DNA from: a virus
Taxonomy: Duplodnaviria > Caudoviricetes
Strand: one strand, 5' to 3'
Virus record (IMG/VR): IMGVR_UViG_3300021121_000005
Coordinates: 1 to 45,326 of that record
Length of the DNA stretch: 45,326 nucleotides
Shown here: positions 25,832 to 36,300 of the stretch, in pieces
Numbering within the stretch: position 1 is the stretch's first letter
Layout: the number at the start of each line of letters is the position of its first letter
The notes under the pieces: generated by a model
The model's input: only the letters and a program-made list of their open reading frames with translations
What the model was told of the DNA's origin: nothing
Databases searched by the model: none
Made by a program: the position numbers and the translations under genes

Positions 25832-25994
25832 GCAAATTGAATACTTACAAAAAGTTGTTAGTGATTTAAAGAATGAGATTCTCCAGCTTCGCATACAGAA
25901 TGTTGATATTCAAACTCAAATGAGAATGTATAAACATCATGCTGAACAACTGGAAGGGCAATTAATTCTTTTAAAACATAGATTGGGTCAATAA
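25824..25994 (+). CDS. Small coiled-coil protein
   Basis: MDKQIEYLQKVVSDLKNE...; start shortened from the track ORF. Confidence 0.55.
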   Translation: MDKQIEYLQKVVSDLKNEILQLRIQNVDIQTQMRMYKHHAEQLEGQLILLKHRLGQ

Positions 25995-26173
25995 TGAAAG
26001 ATTATTCTTTAGTTTGGTTTGGTTTTTTATTTAGCTTATTAATTTGTTCATTCATTATATTTTTAAGTGAATTTAATCAATACAGAGCAAAACATGATTG
26101 TCGCATGGCTACTTATCCCTACGCTATTGATATTCCTAAAGAAGTAATTAAACAATGTAAGGAGAAAAAATGA
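25994..26173 (+). CDS. Small membrane-anchored protein (not in ORF track)
   Basis: MKDYSLVWFGFLFSLLICSFIIFL...; coupled to neighbours at both ends. Confidence 0.55.
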   Translation: MKDYSLVWFGFLFSLLICSFIIFLSEFNQYRAKHDCRMATYPYAIDIPKEVIKQCKEKK

Positions 26174-26424
26174 CTGAATTAAATGTAAAGTTGCTTGAAG
26201 AATTAGCAAATACATGGATTGTTTGTTCAGAATGTGGGCAAAGAGTAACAGGTGATTCTGTTCATACTTGCTCACCACAATATGTGTTTGCACCATTAAA
26301 TCCAAATTACGCTGGTTCTTGGATTATTGGTGGCAATTGGCACATGAATGTTAGAGAAAAGCCTACAGAAGAACAGATTAAAAATACTGAACTGTTGCTT
26401 GGTTGGAAATGGAAGGATGTATGA
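26170..26424 (+). CDS. Hypothetical protein with CxxC..HxC motif
   Basis: CSECGQ..SVHTCSPQ; AAGGAG RBS. Confidence 0.6.
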   Translation: MTELNVKLLEELANTWIVCSECGQRVTGDSVHTCSPQYVFAPLNPNYAGSWIIGGNWHMNVREKPTEEQIKNTELLLGWKWKDV

Positions 26425-26717
26425 TGACAGCAAATGAACTAGCAAATAAAGTTGAAAGTGAAGATTGCAATCCATTTTTTGAAGAAATAGCCACTATGCT
26501 ACGCCAACAAGCCAAAGAAATTGAGGAGTTGAAAACTGACGCAGAAAGATATAGATATTTAAGAAATTATTGCTACAAACTAAAGTATCCAAATAGTGAT
26601 ATTGATAGAGCAATGGAGTTAAATTTTGTGGTTAGTGGAGTATGGGCTGATAACAAAAACCCTGAAGTATTAGATGGTTTAATTGATTTTATGCATAAAG
26701 AGGCGATAAATGACTGA
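26403..26717 (+). CDS. Hypothetical protein (true start probably at MMTANELA)
   Basis: MTANELA..ATMLRQQ..DAERYRYLR motifs common in small phage proteins. Confidence 0.6.
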   Translation: MEMEGCMMTANELANKVESEDCNPFFEEIATMLRQQAKEIEELKTDAERYRYLRNYCYKLKYPNSDIDRAMELNFVVSGVWADNKNPEVLDGLIDFMHKEAIND

Positions 26718-26895
26718 TAAAGAATCTGATATTTACTCAACTGGTTATTGGAATGGTATTGCTTCTAAAAAACTTCGTGAACTTACTGATGAGGAAATAT
26801 GGGAAGTTATATCGCATTTTTCTTTTAAAGATTTATCAGCAGACTTAATTAAATTTGCAAGAGCAATAGAAGCATATTTAAAAAGTGAGATATGA
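26710..26895 (+). CDS. Small hypothetical protein
   Basis: LTDEEI..FARAIE motif; GAGG RBS. Confidence 0.65.
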   Translation: MTDKESDIYSTGYWNGIASKKLRELTDEEIWEVISHFSFKDLSADLIKFARAIEAYLKSEI

Positions 26896-26896
26896 T

Positions 26897-27067
26897 TTAA
26901 TACTTATGCTGTTTGTTAAACAATCCAAATTTAGTGGCTAGTTCAAATTCTTCAGCACATTCTTCGCTACAAAACTTATCATTGCTAATAGGGGTATTGC
27001 AATAAGCACAAAAGCCTGAAAAGCCATTTAAATGCTTTTTAGGTTCTTGTTCTAAATTCTCATTCAT
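26897..27067 (-). CDS. Small zinc-ribbon protein (not in ORF track)
   Basis: MNENLEQ..GFCAYCNTPISNDKFCSEEC..; ATGA coupling to the endolysin gene. Confidence 0.6.
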   Translation of the reverse strand: MNENLEQEPKKHLNGFSGFCAYCNTPISNDKFCSEECAEEFELATKFGLFNKQHKY

Positions 27068-27675
27068 ACAAGAATAGATAATATTTTTTGAATGTTGGCA
27101 ATTCTTTTATCTAATCCTAAAGTGCCACCATTAATCAACTTAGTCATATTGAGATAATCTTGTTTATCAGCAAAATTATTTAAATGACGAGTATTCCAAA
27201 ACCATCCAGCAGATAGGCAAGCATATTCAGGAGTTGCTAATAAAGATGGATTATTTAAAATCTCTTGATTACCTATGTAATTTGCAAAAGCAGTATAGTT
27301 TGCTCGACCAGTTAGCTGAATCAAACCCCTTCCAAAAAAAGCACCACCATCACCATCCTGTGTATTGCCAAGATCTGATCTATGCCCATACATACCTTCA
27401 GCAATCGCTTGTTTGCCCTTAGCAACACATTCTTGTGCTTTAGCAAGGGTAAACCTGTGAGGCATTATTTCAACAAGTCTTACAGCAGAATAATTAAGGT
27501 TTTCTTCTAGGTGACTAAAATTGCCACTTTCGTGTTGGCATTGTCCAATAAAAGATGCCATTCTTTGTGGAGTATTAATTTCAAACTTAGCAAAAGTATC
27601 ATTCAATGGTTGTAGCCATTTTTGATCAATACCTATCTTTGTTAATTGCTCATTTGTTATCATCATTATCTCCAA
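27064..27675 (-). CDS. Endolysin, glycoside hydrolase family 19
   Basis: FIGQCQHES, EENLNY, FFGRGLIQLTGRANY, SAGWFW and INGG motifs. Confidence 0.92.
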   Translation of the reverse strand: MEIMMITNEQLTKIGIDQKWLQPLNDTFAKFEINTPQRMASFIGQCQHESGNFSHLEENLNYSAVRLVEIMPHRFTLAKAQECVAKGKQAIAEGMYGHRSDLGNTQDGDGGAFFGRGLIQLTGRANYTAFANYIGNQEILNNPSLLATPEYACLSAGWFWNTRHLNNFADKQDYLNMTKLINGGTLGLDKRIANIQKILSILV

Positions 27676-27874
27676 TCTTGATACCAGTAATTAACCCAAT
27701 AAATCCACCCACAATAGTTTGAAATGCTGGAGTTATTGCTTCAAATATTTTAGTGTTATCTACTTTGTCAAAAAAAAGCCCTGTTAATAATACAAACACC
27801 ATGCTTAATAATATGACAGATAAAGTAATAGTTGCAATCAATGTCACATAATTAGACAGAGTTTCTTTATTCAT
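27650..27874 (-). CDS. Two-TM membrane protein (lysis cassette)
   Basis: Two hydrophobic helices; PAFQTIVGGFIG. Confidence 0.6.
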   Translation of the reverse strand: MNKETLSNYVTLIATITLSVILLSMVFVLLTGLFFDKVDNTKIFEAITPAFQTIVGGFIGLITGIKIGDNDDNK

Positions 27875-28365
27875 ACAGGTGTAGATTGATGTAACAATTC
27901 ATCCTTACGCTGACTGCTTGATGAACTGCCAAAATAAAAAGACAAAATTAATATAACCCCATCTCTTAAAGTTGTTAAGAGATCTTGTATGGTTGGATCT
28001 TGCACAATTGCATAACCCATGACTTTCATGCCAGTAATTAAAGCAAATCCACCGATCACAATAAAAGCCAATATAGCTGGTATGGCTGACCTAGTTGTGG
28101 ATTGCATATCTCTTGCTGATTTACGATCCTCTACAGCAAGTTTTTCAAAGTCTAAGCCTAATTCTTGAGCTTTAGCTTGTAGTTCAATTTCAGCTTGTTT
28201 AAGACTAGCTAATTGATCAGCAGTAAGTTTGCCTGAATCTATAGTGGATTGAACATCTTTCTCATCAACTCCTAATGCTTTTGATATGGCTGATACAGCC
28301 AAACCAGCAAGAGGACCGCCCAATGCTGTAGCAATAGTAGGAGCTATTTGTTCAAGGATATTCAT
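27871..28365 (-). CDS. Putative holin (3TM GTA-type)
   Basis: APTIATALGGP, DRKSAR, TM segments, FYFGSS. Confidence 0.7.
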   Translation of the reverse strand: MNILEQIAPTIATALGGPLAGLAVSAISKALGVDEKDVQSTIDSGKLTADQLASLKQAEIELQAKAQELGLDFEKLAVEDRKSARDMQSTTRSAIPAILAFIVIGGFALITGMKVMGYAIVQDPTIQDLLTTLRDGVILILSFYFGSSSSSQRKDELLHQSTPV

Positions 28366-28589
28366 TGTGTTAAATAATGTTTAATTAAATCAATAACAAA
28401 TTCTTTACCAAACAAAACTGAAAATATAACAACATACAACATATATTCAATTTTCTGCATACGCTTAGTGCCATTATCAAATGCTTTTTGTATGCCTTCA
28501 TACCTCTCTGCACAAACTTGCTCATGGACAGAAAGTCTTTTGTCAGTATCGTGCACAATAGATTCGATTCCATCCATGAGAAGTTCCAT
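28362..28589 (-). CDS. Small coiled-coil plus TM protein (lysis-associated)
   Basis: LSVHEQVCAERY motif and a C-terminal TM helix. Confidence 0.65.
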   Translation of the reverse strand: MELLMDGIESIVHDTDKRLSVHEQVCAERYEGIQKAFDNGTKRMQKIEYMLYVVIFSVLFGKEFVIDLIKHYLTQ

Positions 28590-28756
28590 TATTGTACTGT
28601 TTCAGCAGTTTCAGCAGGTGCTTCTTGCTGAACTTGTGGAGCAACTTGAGTTTGTACTGCATTGATCAATTGAGCAACTTCAGTAAAAGGTTTAGTACCT
28701 AAATAACCAAGAATTGCATTGACGAGTTCAACTGTTAAATTTACGGATTGCATCAT
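28589..28756 (-). CDS. Small hypothetical protein (not in ORF track)
   Basis: MMQSVNLTVELVNAILGYLGTKPFTEVAQLI...; AAGGA RBS. Confidence 0.65.
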   Translation of the reverse strand: MMQSVNLTVELVNAILGYLGTKPFTEVAQLINAVQTQVAPQVQQEAPAETAETVQ

Positions 28757-28805
28757 TGTTCCTTAAAAAAATAGGCAAAATTACCTAAAAACATTATATA
28801 CAAAA

Positions 28806-29171
28806 TTAATTAACTGGTGCTTGTAAAGTTACCCAAGGCAAAGGTTGTGTTGATGGTGATACTGGTGGGTTTACAATACTGTTGATTTGACCATCCACAT
28901 TTGCTTCTAAATTAGCTACACCTTGTGGAGTTAATACTTCTTGCACCCAGCCAATAACGATAGCTTGTGTAAGTTGATCATAAGGAATGAAATCAGATTC
29001 TTTTTCTTCAACAACTAATTGAACATTGTAGCCAATAGATGCTGTTACTGGTGGAGTTGCATCATTAGATCCTGTAAGTTGTCCACTTACTAAAACTACA
29101 TAATTAGGTTGATTTGGAACATCAGGTAGAGTGGACATTGAAGTTACTGTCCATGTGTATGTGTTAGCCAT
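28806..29171 (-). CDS. Tail-fibre-associated hypothetical protein
   Basis: YTWTV..FIPYDQLT..VIGWV..PLPW pattern, located after the fibre gene. Confidence 0.65.
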   Translation of the reverse strand: MANTYTWTVTSMSTLPDVPNQPNYVVLVSGQLTGSNDATPPVTASIGYNVQLVVEEKESDFIPYDQLTQAIVIGWVQEVLTPQGVANLEANVDGQINSIVNPPVSPSTQPLPWVTLQAPVN

Positions 29172-29172
29172 A

Positions 29173-29487
29173 TTAGCCTTTCTTTAAAATTTGATAATTA
29201 GAAACCACAACAAAACTATAAACTAAATTGAATAAAATAAACATCACTACAACCAAGTCTATTTCAATAATAAAAAAAGTATAAAGGTGTTTTGTTGCTA
29301 GGTAAGCGAAGATGGCAATAAGTATAGACTTAGCCACAGCAAATCCACCAACCACTCCAATTTTGGAGAATAACCACTCCATTACAGCGTTGCCTTCATG
29401 CCCTTTGCCTGATTGAATAACATTGTAAGTTGTCCAAAAGTCTAAGAACTGAAGTATGACAAAAATAGCAAATAGGATTAGGTTCAT
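29173..29487 (-). CDS. Membrane protein (DUF5658-like)
   Basis: LDFWTT..EGN..M..K plus three TM segments. Confidence 0.6.
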   Translation of the reverse strand: MNLILFAIFVILQFLDFWTTYNVIQSGKGHEGNAVMEWLFSKIGVVGGFAVAKSILIAIFAYLATKHLYTFFIIEIDLVVVMFILFNLVYSFVVVSNYQILKKG

Positions 29488-32414
29488 TGTTTAGCCTCTA
29501 GTGTTGCAATACGAGCTTCTAGTTTTTCAATAATTGCTTGTTGTTCTTGTAAGGCTTTGACCAATCGAGCAGTTGTTTTATCCCAACCCGCAATCATTTT
29601 CATTCCATCTTCACGCTCACCAACAGAATCAGGATAAATTTCTTCCATTTCTTGGGCAATAAAACCAATTTGATGACCCCCACCTTCAGATTCTATGTAA
29701 TCAAACTCTGTAGGTCTAAGAGCAAGAATATTATCAAGTTGTGGTGGTAAATCAACAATGTTTTGCTTTAATCGTTTATCTGAATATGTACCAAAAGCAG
29801 CGGTATTAGCACCATTGGCTGTAATTTGTCCTGAACCCGCAGAATTATTATTTAAAGTAAAACGAACAAAAATTTGGCTTGTGGTTGTATTGTTGTCAAA
29901 TTTACCAAAAATAGCTGCGGGATTTGCAACATCACCCGTAACACCTTGACACGCAAAAGCTGGTGATGTGTTGGCAGATGGAACAACAAATATTCTTGAG
30001 CCGTTTGTATTGCTTGTAGTACCTACCAACAAATTACCACTATTGTCTAAAGTGAGTGCTTGGGTAAATGATATTGCGTTTCCTGCTGTACCTGATGGTG
30101 CTGTGAACCATTGATGCTGACCACTTACTTGTAGATAATTTGTTGCATAGGTACTTGCAGAATATTGTGCTGATGCCCCTAATGCTAGTTTTATAACTGC
30201 ATTACTTGATAAACCGATTCCATAATTTAATCCGCTACCATAAGCACTTCCATACGAAGTAACTTGACCTGTTGTATATACTCCATCGCTAAATGTTAAC
30301 CTTTGTAGTGTACCTACACTTCCTGAAGCAGCGCCAAGAGTTAATACAGACTCTTGATAAAGACTATTTGCAATAAATGCGTTTCCACTTCCATTCACAT
30401 ACAGTCTTGGGTTACCTGCACCATCACTTAGAACAATGTAGTTACTTGCTGTGCGAATGTCTAAGCCACCTTGGTTGCCGTTGTAACCACCGATGATTGT
30501 GTTATATCCACCTGTAGTTACATAATAACCAGCACCATAACCACCTGAGCCTACCCCAATAAAAGTGTTGTAATTACCAGTAGTTGAATAGCCTGTTTGT
30601 AATCCAAGAAAGGTATTGTAATTACCAGTAGTTGAATATCCTGAACCATAGCCTAAAAATGTATTTCCAGGACCCGTACTATTTGTATACCCTGCTTGAT
30701 AACCTATTGCTGTGTTATTAGATGCGGTGGTGTTTGCATTTAATGATCCATAACCAATTCCCGTATTATTTGAACCCGTTGTATTAAATTGAAGTGCAAT
30801 AGAAGCAATAGCAGTGTTAAACGTCCCTGTAGTATTTGAATATAAAGCAGCATTACCAAAGGCGTTGTTATTATTAGCAGTAGAGTTTGAATACCCCGCT
30901 AAACGACCAACAAAAGTATTATCGCCTCCTGTTGTATTATTTTGACCGGCGGTATAACCAATAAAAGTATTTTCATATCCTGTTGTATTACTGAATCCTG
31001 AAAAGACACCAATAAAAATATTAGAACCACCTGTTGTACTAGAGTAACCAGCTTGATAACCTACTGCTGTGTTGTTAGATGCTGTTGTGTTGCTATGAAG
31101 AGCATAAATACCAACGGCAGTATTAAATGAGCCTGTTGTATTCAAACCTAAAGTTGGGGAATCTCCATCAGAATTTGCACCACCAACACCTACATTAAAC
31201 TGCCCCGTTGTGTTTGCAGATAAAACACCATTCCCTACAGCAAGATTGGCAACTCCAGTTGTGTTTGCATATAATGCTTGTGCTCCTAATGCTGTATTCC
31301 ATTTTCCAGTGGTGTTAGAGTATAAAGCCTGATAGCCAAAAGCACTAATTACTGCACCAGTTGTATTACTATATCCTGCTTGATAACCTACTGCGGTGTT
31401 ATTAGAGGCTGTGGTGTTGTTAAATAAAGATTGATAACCTAAAGCAACATTGTAACTTCCAGTTATATTTGCTTGCAATGCACCATTGCTTGCAGCAGCA
31501 GTTCCAGAACCAATAGCCACATTAGATGTTCCTGAAATATTGGAAAGCATTGCACCTTGACCAATAGCAATATTGCTAGAGCCAGTTGTGTTTGTATAAA
31601 GCGATTGCAATCCAATACCCACATTTCCTGAGCCTGAAGTATTTGCAGTTAAAGATGACCAACCTATGGCAGTATTCCAACCTGTTCCTGTGTTTGCCGT
31701 TGCTAAAGCATTAACCCCTAAAGCAGTTGAATAAGGAGCTCCACCATTTCCTGTACCAACAGTAAGACCTTGAATTGTTGCTCCGGGCGTAACAGTTAAA
31801 ACTGTATCTGAAAGACGCATATACTCGTTACCAATACCGCCAGCACTATCAGAAAGGTAAAATGATATTTGACCACGAGTAGATGAGTTTATACCCCATG
31901 CACCAAGCAAACTTGTTCCCGAACCTTGATACGCTAAAACTGCACCTGTAGTGTTAGAGGCTATTGCACCTGTTGCACGAATAGCACCACTAACTTGAAG
32001 TTTTTCACCCGGACTACTTGTTCCTATACCTAAATTTGTTCCACTAAAATATAAATTCGCACTACTTCCAAATGCACTCGTTCCATTACCATAGGGTATA
32101 TAGCCAGCAGTTAGACTGGACAACCCAGTTCCCCCATTGCTTACATTTAAGATACCAGCAACAGTAACAGCACCTTGAGTTAATGTATTAGGAGTTAATC
32201 CTGTAGTACCAAAACTAATGGAATTTTGAGATGCTCCTTTTGTAGCTAAAACCTGAACTACTCCATTATTATCTTTATAAAACAACTTACCATCAGTTGC
32301 GTTGATTGCAAGTTCAACACCATTAGTGGTTGTTGTAAGATTAGAAGCTGATGGAGTATTACCAGTAGTGGTACTACCATATATCAAAATGGGGGTATAT
32401 CCTGTTGCTGACAT
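29484..32414 (-). CDS. Tail fibre/spike with NTAxG repeats and a C-terminal intramolecular chaperone (peptidase S74-like)
   Basis: Many NTT.G..NTA.G repeats; YSDKRLKQNI..GFIAQE..coiled coil. Confidence 0.85.
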   Translation of the reverse strand: MSATGYTPILIYGSTTTGNTPSASNLTTTTNGVELAINATDGKLFYKDNNGVVQVLATKGASQNSISFGTTGLTPNTLTQGAVTVAGILNVSNGGTGLSSLTAGYIPYGNGTSAFGSSANLYFSGTNLGIGTSSPGEKLQVSGAIRATGAIASNTTGAVLAYQGSGTSLLGAWGINSSTRGQISFYLSDSAGGIGNEYMRLSDTVLTVTPGATIQGLTVGTGNGGAPYSTALGVNALATANTGTGWNTAIGWSSLTANTSGSGNVGIGLQSLYTNTTGSSNIAIGQGAMLSNISGTSNVAIGSGTAAASNGALQANITGSYNVALGYQSLFNNTTASNNTAVGYQAGYSNTTGAVISAFGYQALYSNTTGKWNTALGAQALYANTTGVANLAVGNGVLSANTTGQFNVGVGGANSDGDSPTLGLNTTGSFNTAVGIYALHSNTTASNNTAVGYQAGYSSTTGGSNIFIGVFSGFSNTTGYENTFIGYTAGQNNTTGGDNTFVGRLAGYSNSTANNNNAFGNAALYSNTTGTFNTAIASIALQFNTTGSNNTGIGYGSLNANTTASNNTAIGYQAGYTNSTGPGNTFLGYGSGYSTTGNYNTFLGLQTGYSTTGNYNTFIGVGSGGYGAGYYVTTGGYNTIIGGYNGNQGGLDIRTASNYIVLSDGAGNPRLYVNGSGNAFIANSLYQESVLTLGAASGSVGTLQRLTFSDGVYTTGQVTSYGSAYGSGLNYGIGLSSNAVIKLALGASAQYSASTYATNYLQVSGQHQWFTAPSGTAGNAISFTQALTLDNSGNLLVGTTSNTNGSRIFVVPSANTSPAFACQGVTGDVANPAAIFGKFDNNTTTSQIFVRFTLNNNSAGSGQITANGANTAAFGTYSDKRLKQNIVDLPPQLDNILALRPTEFDYIESEGGGHQIGFIAQEMEEIYPDSVGEREDGMKMIAGWDKTTARLVKALQEQQAIIEKLEARIATLEAKQ

Positions 32415-32430
32415 ATTCGTTCCTTATATG

Positions 32431-33018
32431 TTAAAAACTTCCACCTTGAATTCCACTAGAAGCTACTAAAGTAGTGAACTTTCCTGTGCTGGGAGTTGTG
32501 TTTCCAATTGCTACATTATCCATTGTGCCACCAGTAATATCAACAAAATTAGCATTTTGTGTAGACATTGTTCCTAAACCACCTATGGCAGTATTAGGGA
32601 TCTGTGTTGATGCTGTCATAGCACCTGCACCATTACCATAAACATAACCAGTTAAATTAACATTTCCAGTTCCACCACTTGATGTAGGTAAAGGATTTGC
32701 AAGTGTTAAAGAGTTAAGATTTAAACTTCCTGTAATAGTAAGACTAGGTACAGTTAAAACAGTTCCATTAAAAGTTAAATTAGAGCTACTTTGTAGTGCT
32801 CCACCAGTTCCAGCAAAAACTAATTGTCCATTGCCTAAATTACTGCTAGTTAATGATCCTGTGCTAATAAATCCTGAAGTTAAAGTTGTCGTGCTTAAAT
32901 TAGCAATATTGACATTAGGAGTTTGAAAAACACCACTATAAACAAGTCCATTAACATCATTTAACCATTGAGCATAAATGACTGTTTCATAGTTAATAAA
33001 ATTAGTAGAATTACTCAT
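32431..33018 (-). CDS. Small fibre-like structural protein (paralog 1)
   Basis: NSTNFINYET.IYAQWLNDVN N-terminus; GLGTMSTQNA motif; ends GGSF. Confidence 0.65.
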   Translation of the reverse strand: MSNSTNFINYETVIYAQWLNDVNGLVYSGVFQTPNVNIANLSTTTLTSGFISTGSLTSSNLGNGQLVFAGTGGALQSSSNLTFNGTVLTVPSLTITGSLNLNSLTLANPLPTSSGGTGNVNLTGYVYGNGAGAMTASTQIPNTAIGGLGTMSTQNANFVDITGGTMDNVAIGNTTPSTGKFTTLVASSGIQGGSF

Positions 33019-33332
33019 TAGAAGCTACCCCCACTAATTCCATTGACAGAAACTAGATTATTAACTGTTAAAGTATTTCCATCAAATCGCATGGTTGGAC
33101 TAGATTCTAATAAGCCACCTGTTCCAGCATAAATGACTTGACCATTGCTTAAACTAGCATTGGTTAAACTTGCTACAGTTAAATTTGCAATAGACCCATT
33201 TTGACCAATTAGATTATAAATATTGACTGTTGGAGATTGAAAGTTGCCATTGTAAACAAGATTATTAACATCATTTAGCCACTGGGCATAAATGGTGGTT
33301 TCATAATTAATAAAGTTTGTTGAATTAGTCAT
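33018..33332 (-). CDS. Small fibre-like structural protein (paralog 2)
   Basis: Same N-terminus as 32431..33018; ends GGSF. Confidence 0.65.
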   Translation of the reverse strand: MTNSTNFINYETTIYAQWLNDVNNLVYNGNFQSPTVNIYNLIGQNGSIANLTVASLTNASLSNGQVIYAGTGGLLESSPTMRFDGNTLTVNNLVSVNGISGGSF

Positions 33333-36300
33333 TAGAAACTTCCCCCAGCTACAGCACCAAAAGTAGGTGCTGATGTGCCATTTGATATTAGAACTTGACC
33401 TGCTGTTCCTGCTGAAGTATATCCTTGTGTCGTTGAGGAAGCTCCATAAACTACACCACCTTGAGTTGGTGCAGTTGATATTCCTGTACCACCTCTATTA
33501 TAAGCAATGACATTACCATTCCATGTTGCAGAAGTTATTGAACCTGCATAATCTAAAGTATTGGTAGACCAAGATACATTTGATGGTGTTGAATCGTGTC
33601 GATCCCAAGAACCAGCAGAAGTTGAATTATTTAATAAAACTACAGTTGTATATCCACCTGATTGTATTGTTGCAACAGTTGTGGATGAATTGTTTTGAAC
33701 AACAATAGTTCCTGAAGATTGATTATTATTAAAAGTAAATGTTGCACCATTAGGTAAAGTTGTAGCATCAGGCAATCTAATGGTTTGCCCACCTGAACCT
33801 GTAATTTGATAATTTTGTGCCGATGATGCAGTTAAAACTAATGTTGTGCCAGTTGCAGATTGTGTAACATAACCTTCAAAAATACAATTTGTAGTGATAT
33901 TTCCATTAGCATCACGCAATACTACAGAGTTAGCTCCACTAGAACTAACGACACCAGTTCCACCATTGCTTACTGCAAGAGTGCCACCTAAAGTAAGAGT
34001 TCCACTTGTAGTAATTGGTGAACCAGTAAAACTTAATCCAGTTGTACCACCTGATGCACTTACTGAAGTTACAGTACCACCAGTACCAGTTGCATTTATT
34101 GTTATTGCTGTAGAACCATTATAGGTAGTTCCTGAACTAAAATTAACTCCAGTTCCAGCAGTTAAATTAAATAAATTACTACCTAGTGATACACCTGAAA
34201 TAGTGCTATTTGCCAACTGAGCATTAGTGATTGTTCCACTTAAAGCTGTTGTAGGAATTGTTGTTGATGATGTTACATTACCAGTGGTATTGTTGGCATA
34301 CATATAGCCAGTTAAACCAGTAACAGCTAAATTGGTAGTGGTTAAATTGGTAAATGATTCGCTAGTAGAACCCGGTATTTTTTGCCATACACTATTTTCA
34401 AAAATAGCCCAATCACCAACATTCCAATTTGATACACCATTTAAAGTAGTGTTACCAGCTACAGATACAACATAGTAATATCCAACAGTTCCTACAGAAG
34501 ATGTCAAAGTAGGAGTATTAGTAGAAGCGTTCCATACTCCCTGATAAGAAGGAGCATTAGTAGCTTGTGTACTTACTGAAGTAACAATACCTTGTGAATT
34601 GACTGTTAAAACTGGAATAACTGATGCAGATCCATAAGTACCTGAAGTTACTCCACTTGAAGGCAAATCAGCATTAACTAAAGATCTAAAGCTAGGAACT
34701 CCAGCAGTTCCATTAGGAGAAGCCAATACATAATTAGCTGTTTTAGATGCATAAGGATTTTGTGTATCACCATATCCTGAAGATAAACTTACAGTAGTAG
34801 CACCACTGGTTGTGCTTGCAGATACAGGGGATGTACCTGTGACTGATAAAACACCTGTATTTGCAATTGTGACAGCAGTAGAGCCATTATAAGAAGTTCC
34901 TGATAAGCCTGTACCAATCGTTAAACTTGCAAGATTAGAACCTAGGGAAATCCCTGATATGGTTGAATTAGTTAATTGACTATTAGCAATACCACCTAAA
35001 GTTCCACCTAAAGTTAATGAGCCACTTGAAGTTACTGTACCAGTTAAAGTAATGCCATTAACTGTTCCTGTTCCTGAAACGCTAGTAACTGAACCACTTC
35101 CCTTAGAGTTAAAAGTATTCCAATCTGTACTAGATAAATATCCACTGGTAGTGCTATTTGCCTGACTAATACTAATAGCAGGAGTAGTTGTTCCAGTTGC
35201 AACACTAATTGGTGATGTTGCAGTTACAGAAGTGACTGTACCAACACTTGTAGAACCACCCAAACTAATGGCATTTCCATTAATAGTAATAGAACTATGA
35301 TCTAATTGAGCATTGGTTATTGTTCCACTAAGAGCAGTTGTAGGAATGGTTGTAGATGCTGAAATAGCACTTGATCCATTGGCATAAATATAGCCTGTAT
35401 AGTTTCCTAAAGTAACTGTACTATTGGCTGATAAAGTAGTAAATTTAGCTGTAGATGCTGTTGTAAATCCTATAGGAGTATTATCTAAACTATCAATAGT
35501 TAAAGATACACCTTGAATTGTTCCACCAGTTATTGCTACGCTATTTGCATTTTGGGTACTCATTGTGCCCAAACCTGAAACTTGCGTATTACTAATCGCT
35601 ATAGAAGTTGTTGTTGCATTAGTCAATTGACCTTGTGCATTAACTGTAAATGTTGCCACAGATCCAGCAGATCCATAAGATCCTGCTGTAACAGTAGTTG
35701 GAGATATAGCAATTGTTACTGGAGCAGAGCCATTAAAAGATGTTCCTGAAAGTCCAGTTCCAATCGTTAAAGCATTAGGTGTTTGTGATGTGATTGTTGC
35801 TGATCCACCTAAAGGTATAAGATTTCCATTAATGGTAATACTCGAATTAACTAATCCTGAATTGGGAATATTTGTAATAGTATTGGTAGAACCACTAATG
35901 GAAACTCCTGCTAATGTAGTTAGGGTATTCCCTAATGCTACATTCGTTGAACCAATCGTAATGGATGAATTGGTTAAACCTGAATTGGGTATAGTTGCAT
36001 TAATCTGACTAGGTGCGATACTAATAGGTGTATTCGATACGCTAGTAATTTGACCTTGAGGATTGATAGATAAAGTAGGTACTGAAGTTGCTGTTCCATA
36101 AGTACCTGAAACAACTCCTGTAGAAGTAATGCTAAATTGTGTACCTGTTAGGGTTAGCCCTGTACCTGCTGTATAAGTTCCATAACCTGAGAATTGTGTC
36201 CAAATAATTGGAGTGACATTAATTGTTCCATTTTCAGGAGCTATGACATTCCAGCCTGTATTGGCATATAAAGTTCCATATTGAACAAAAGTAGCGGCAC

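Noticed and set aside
29484-33332. Diversity-generating retroelement or CRISPR-like array in the repeat-rich fibre region
   Set aside because: No reverse transcriptase, no adenine-specific template/variable repeat pair seen, and the repeats are in-frame coding units without unique spacers.
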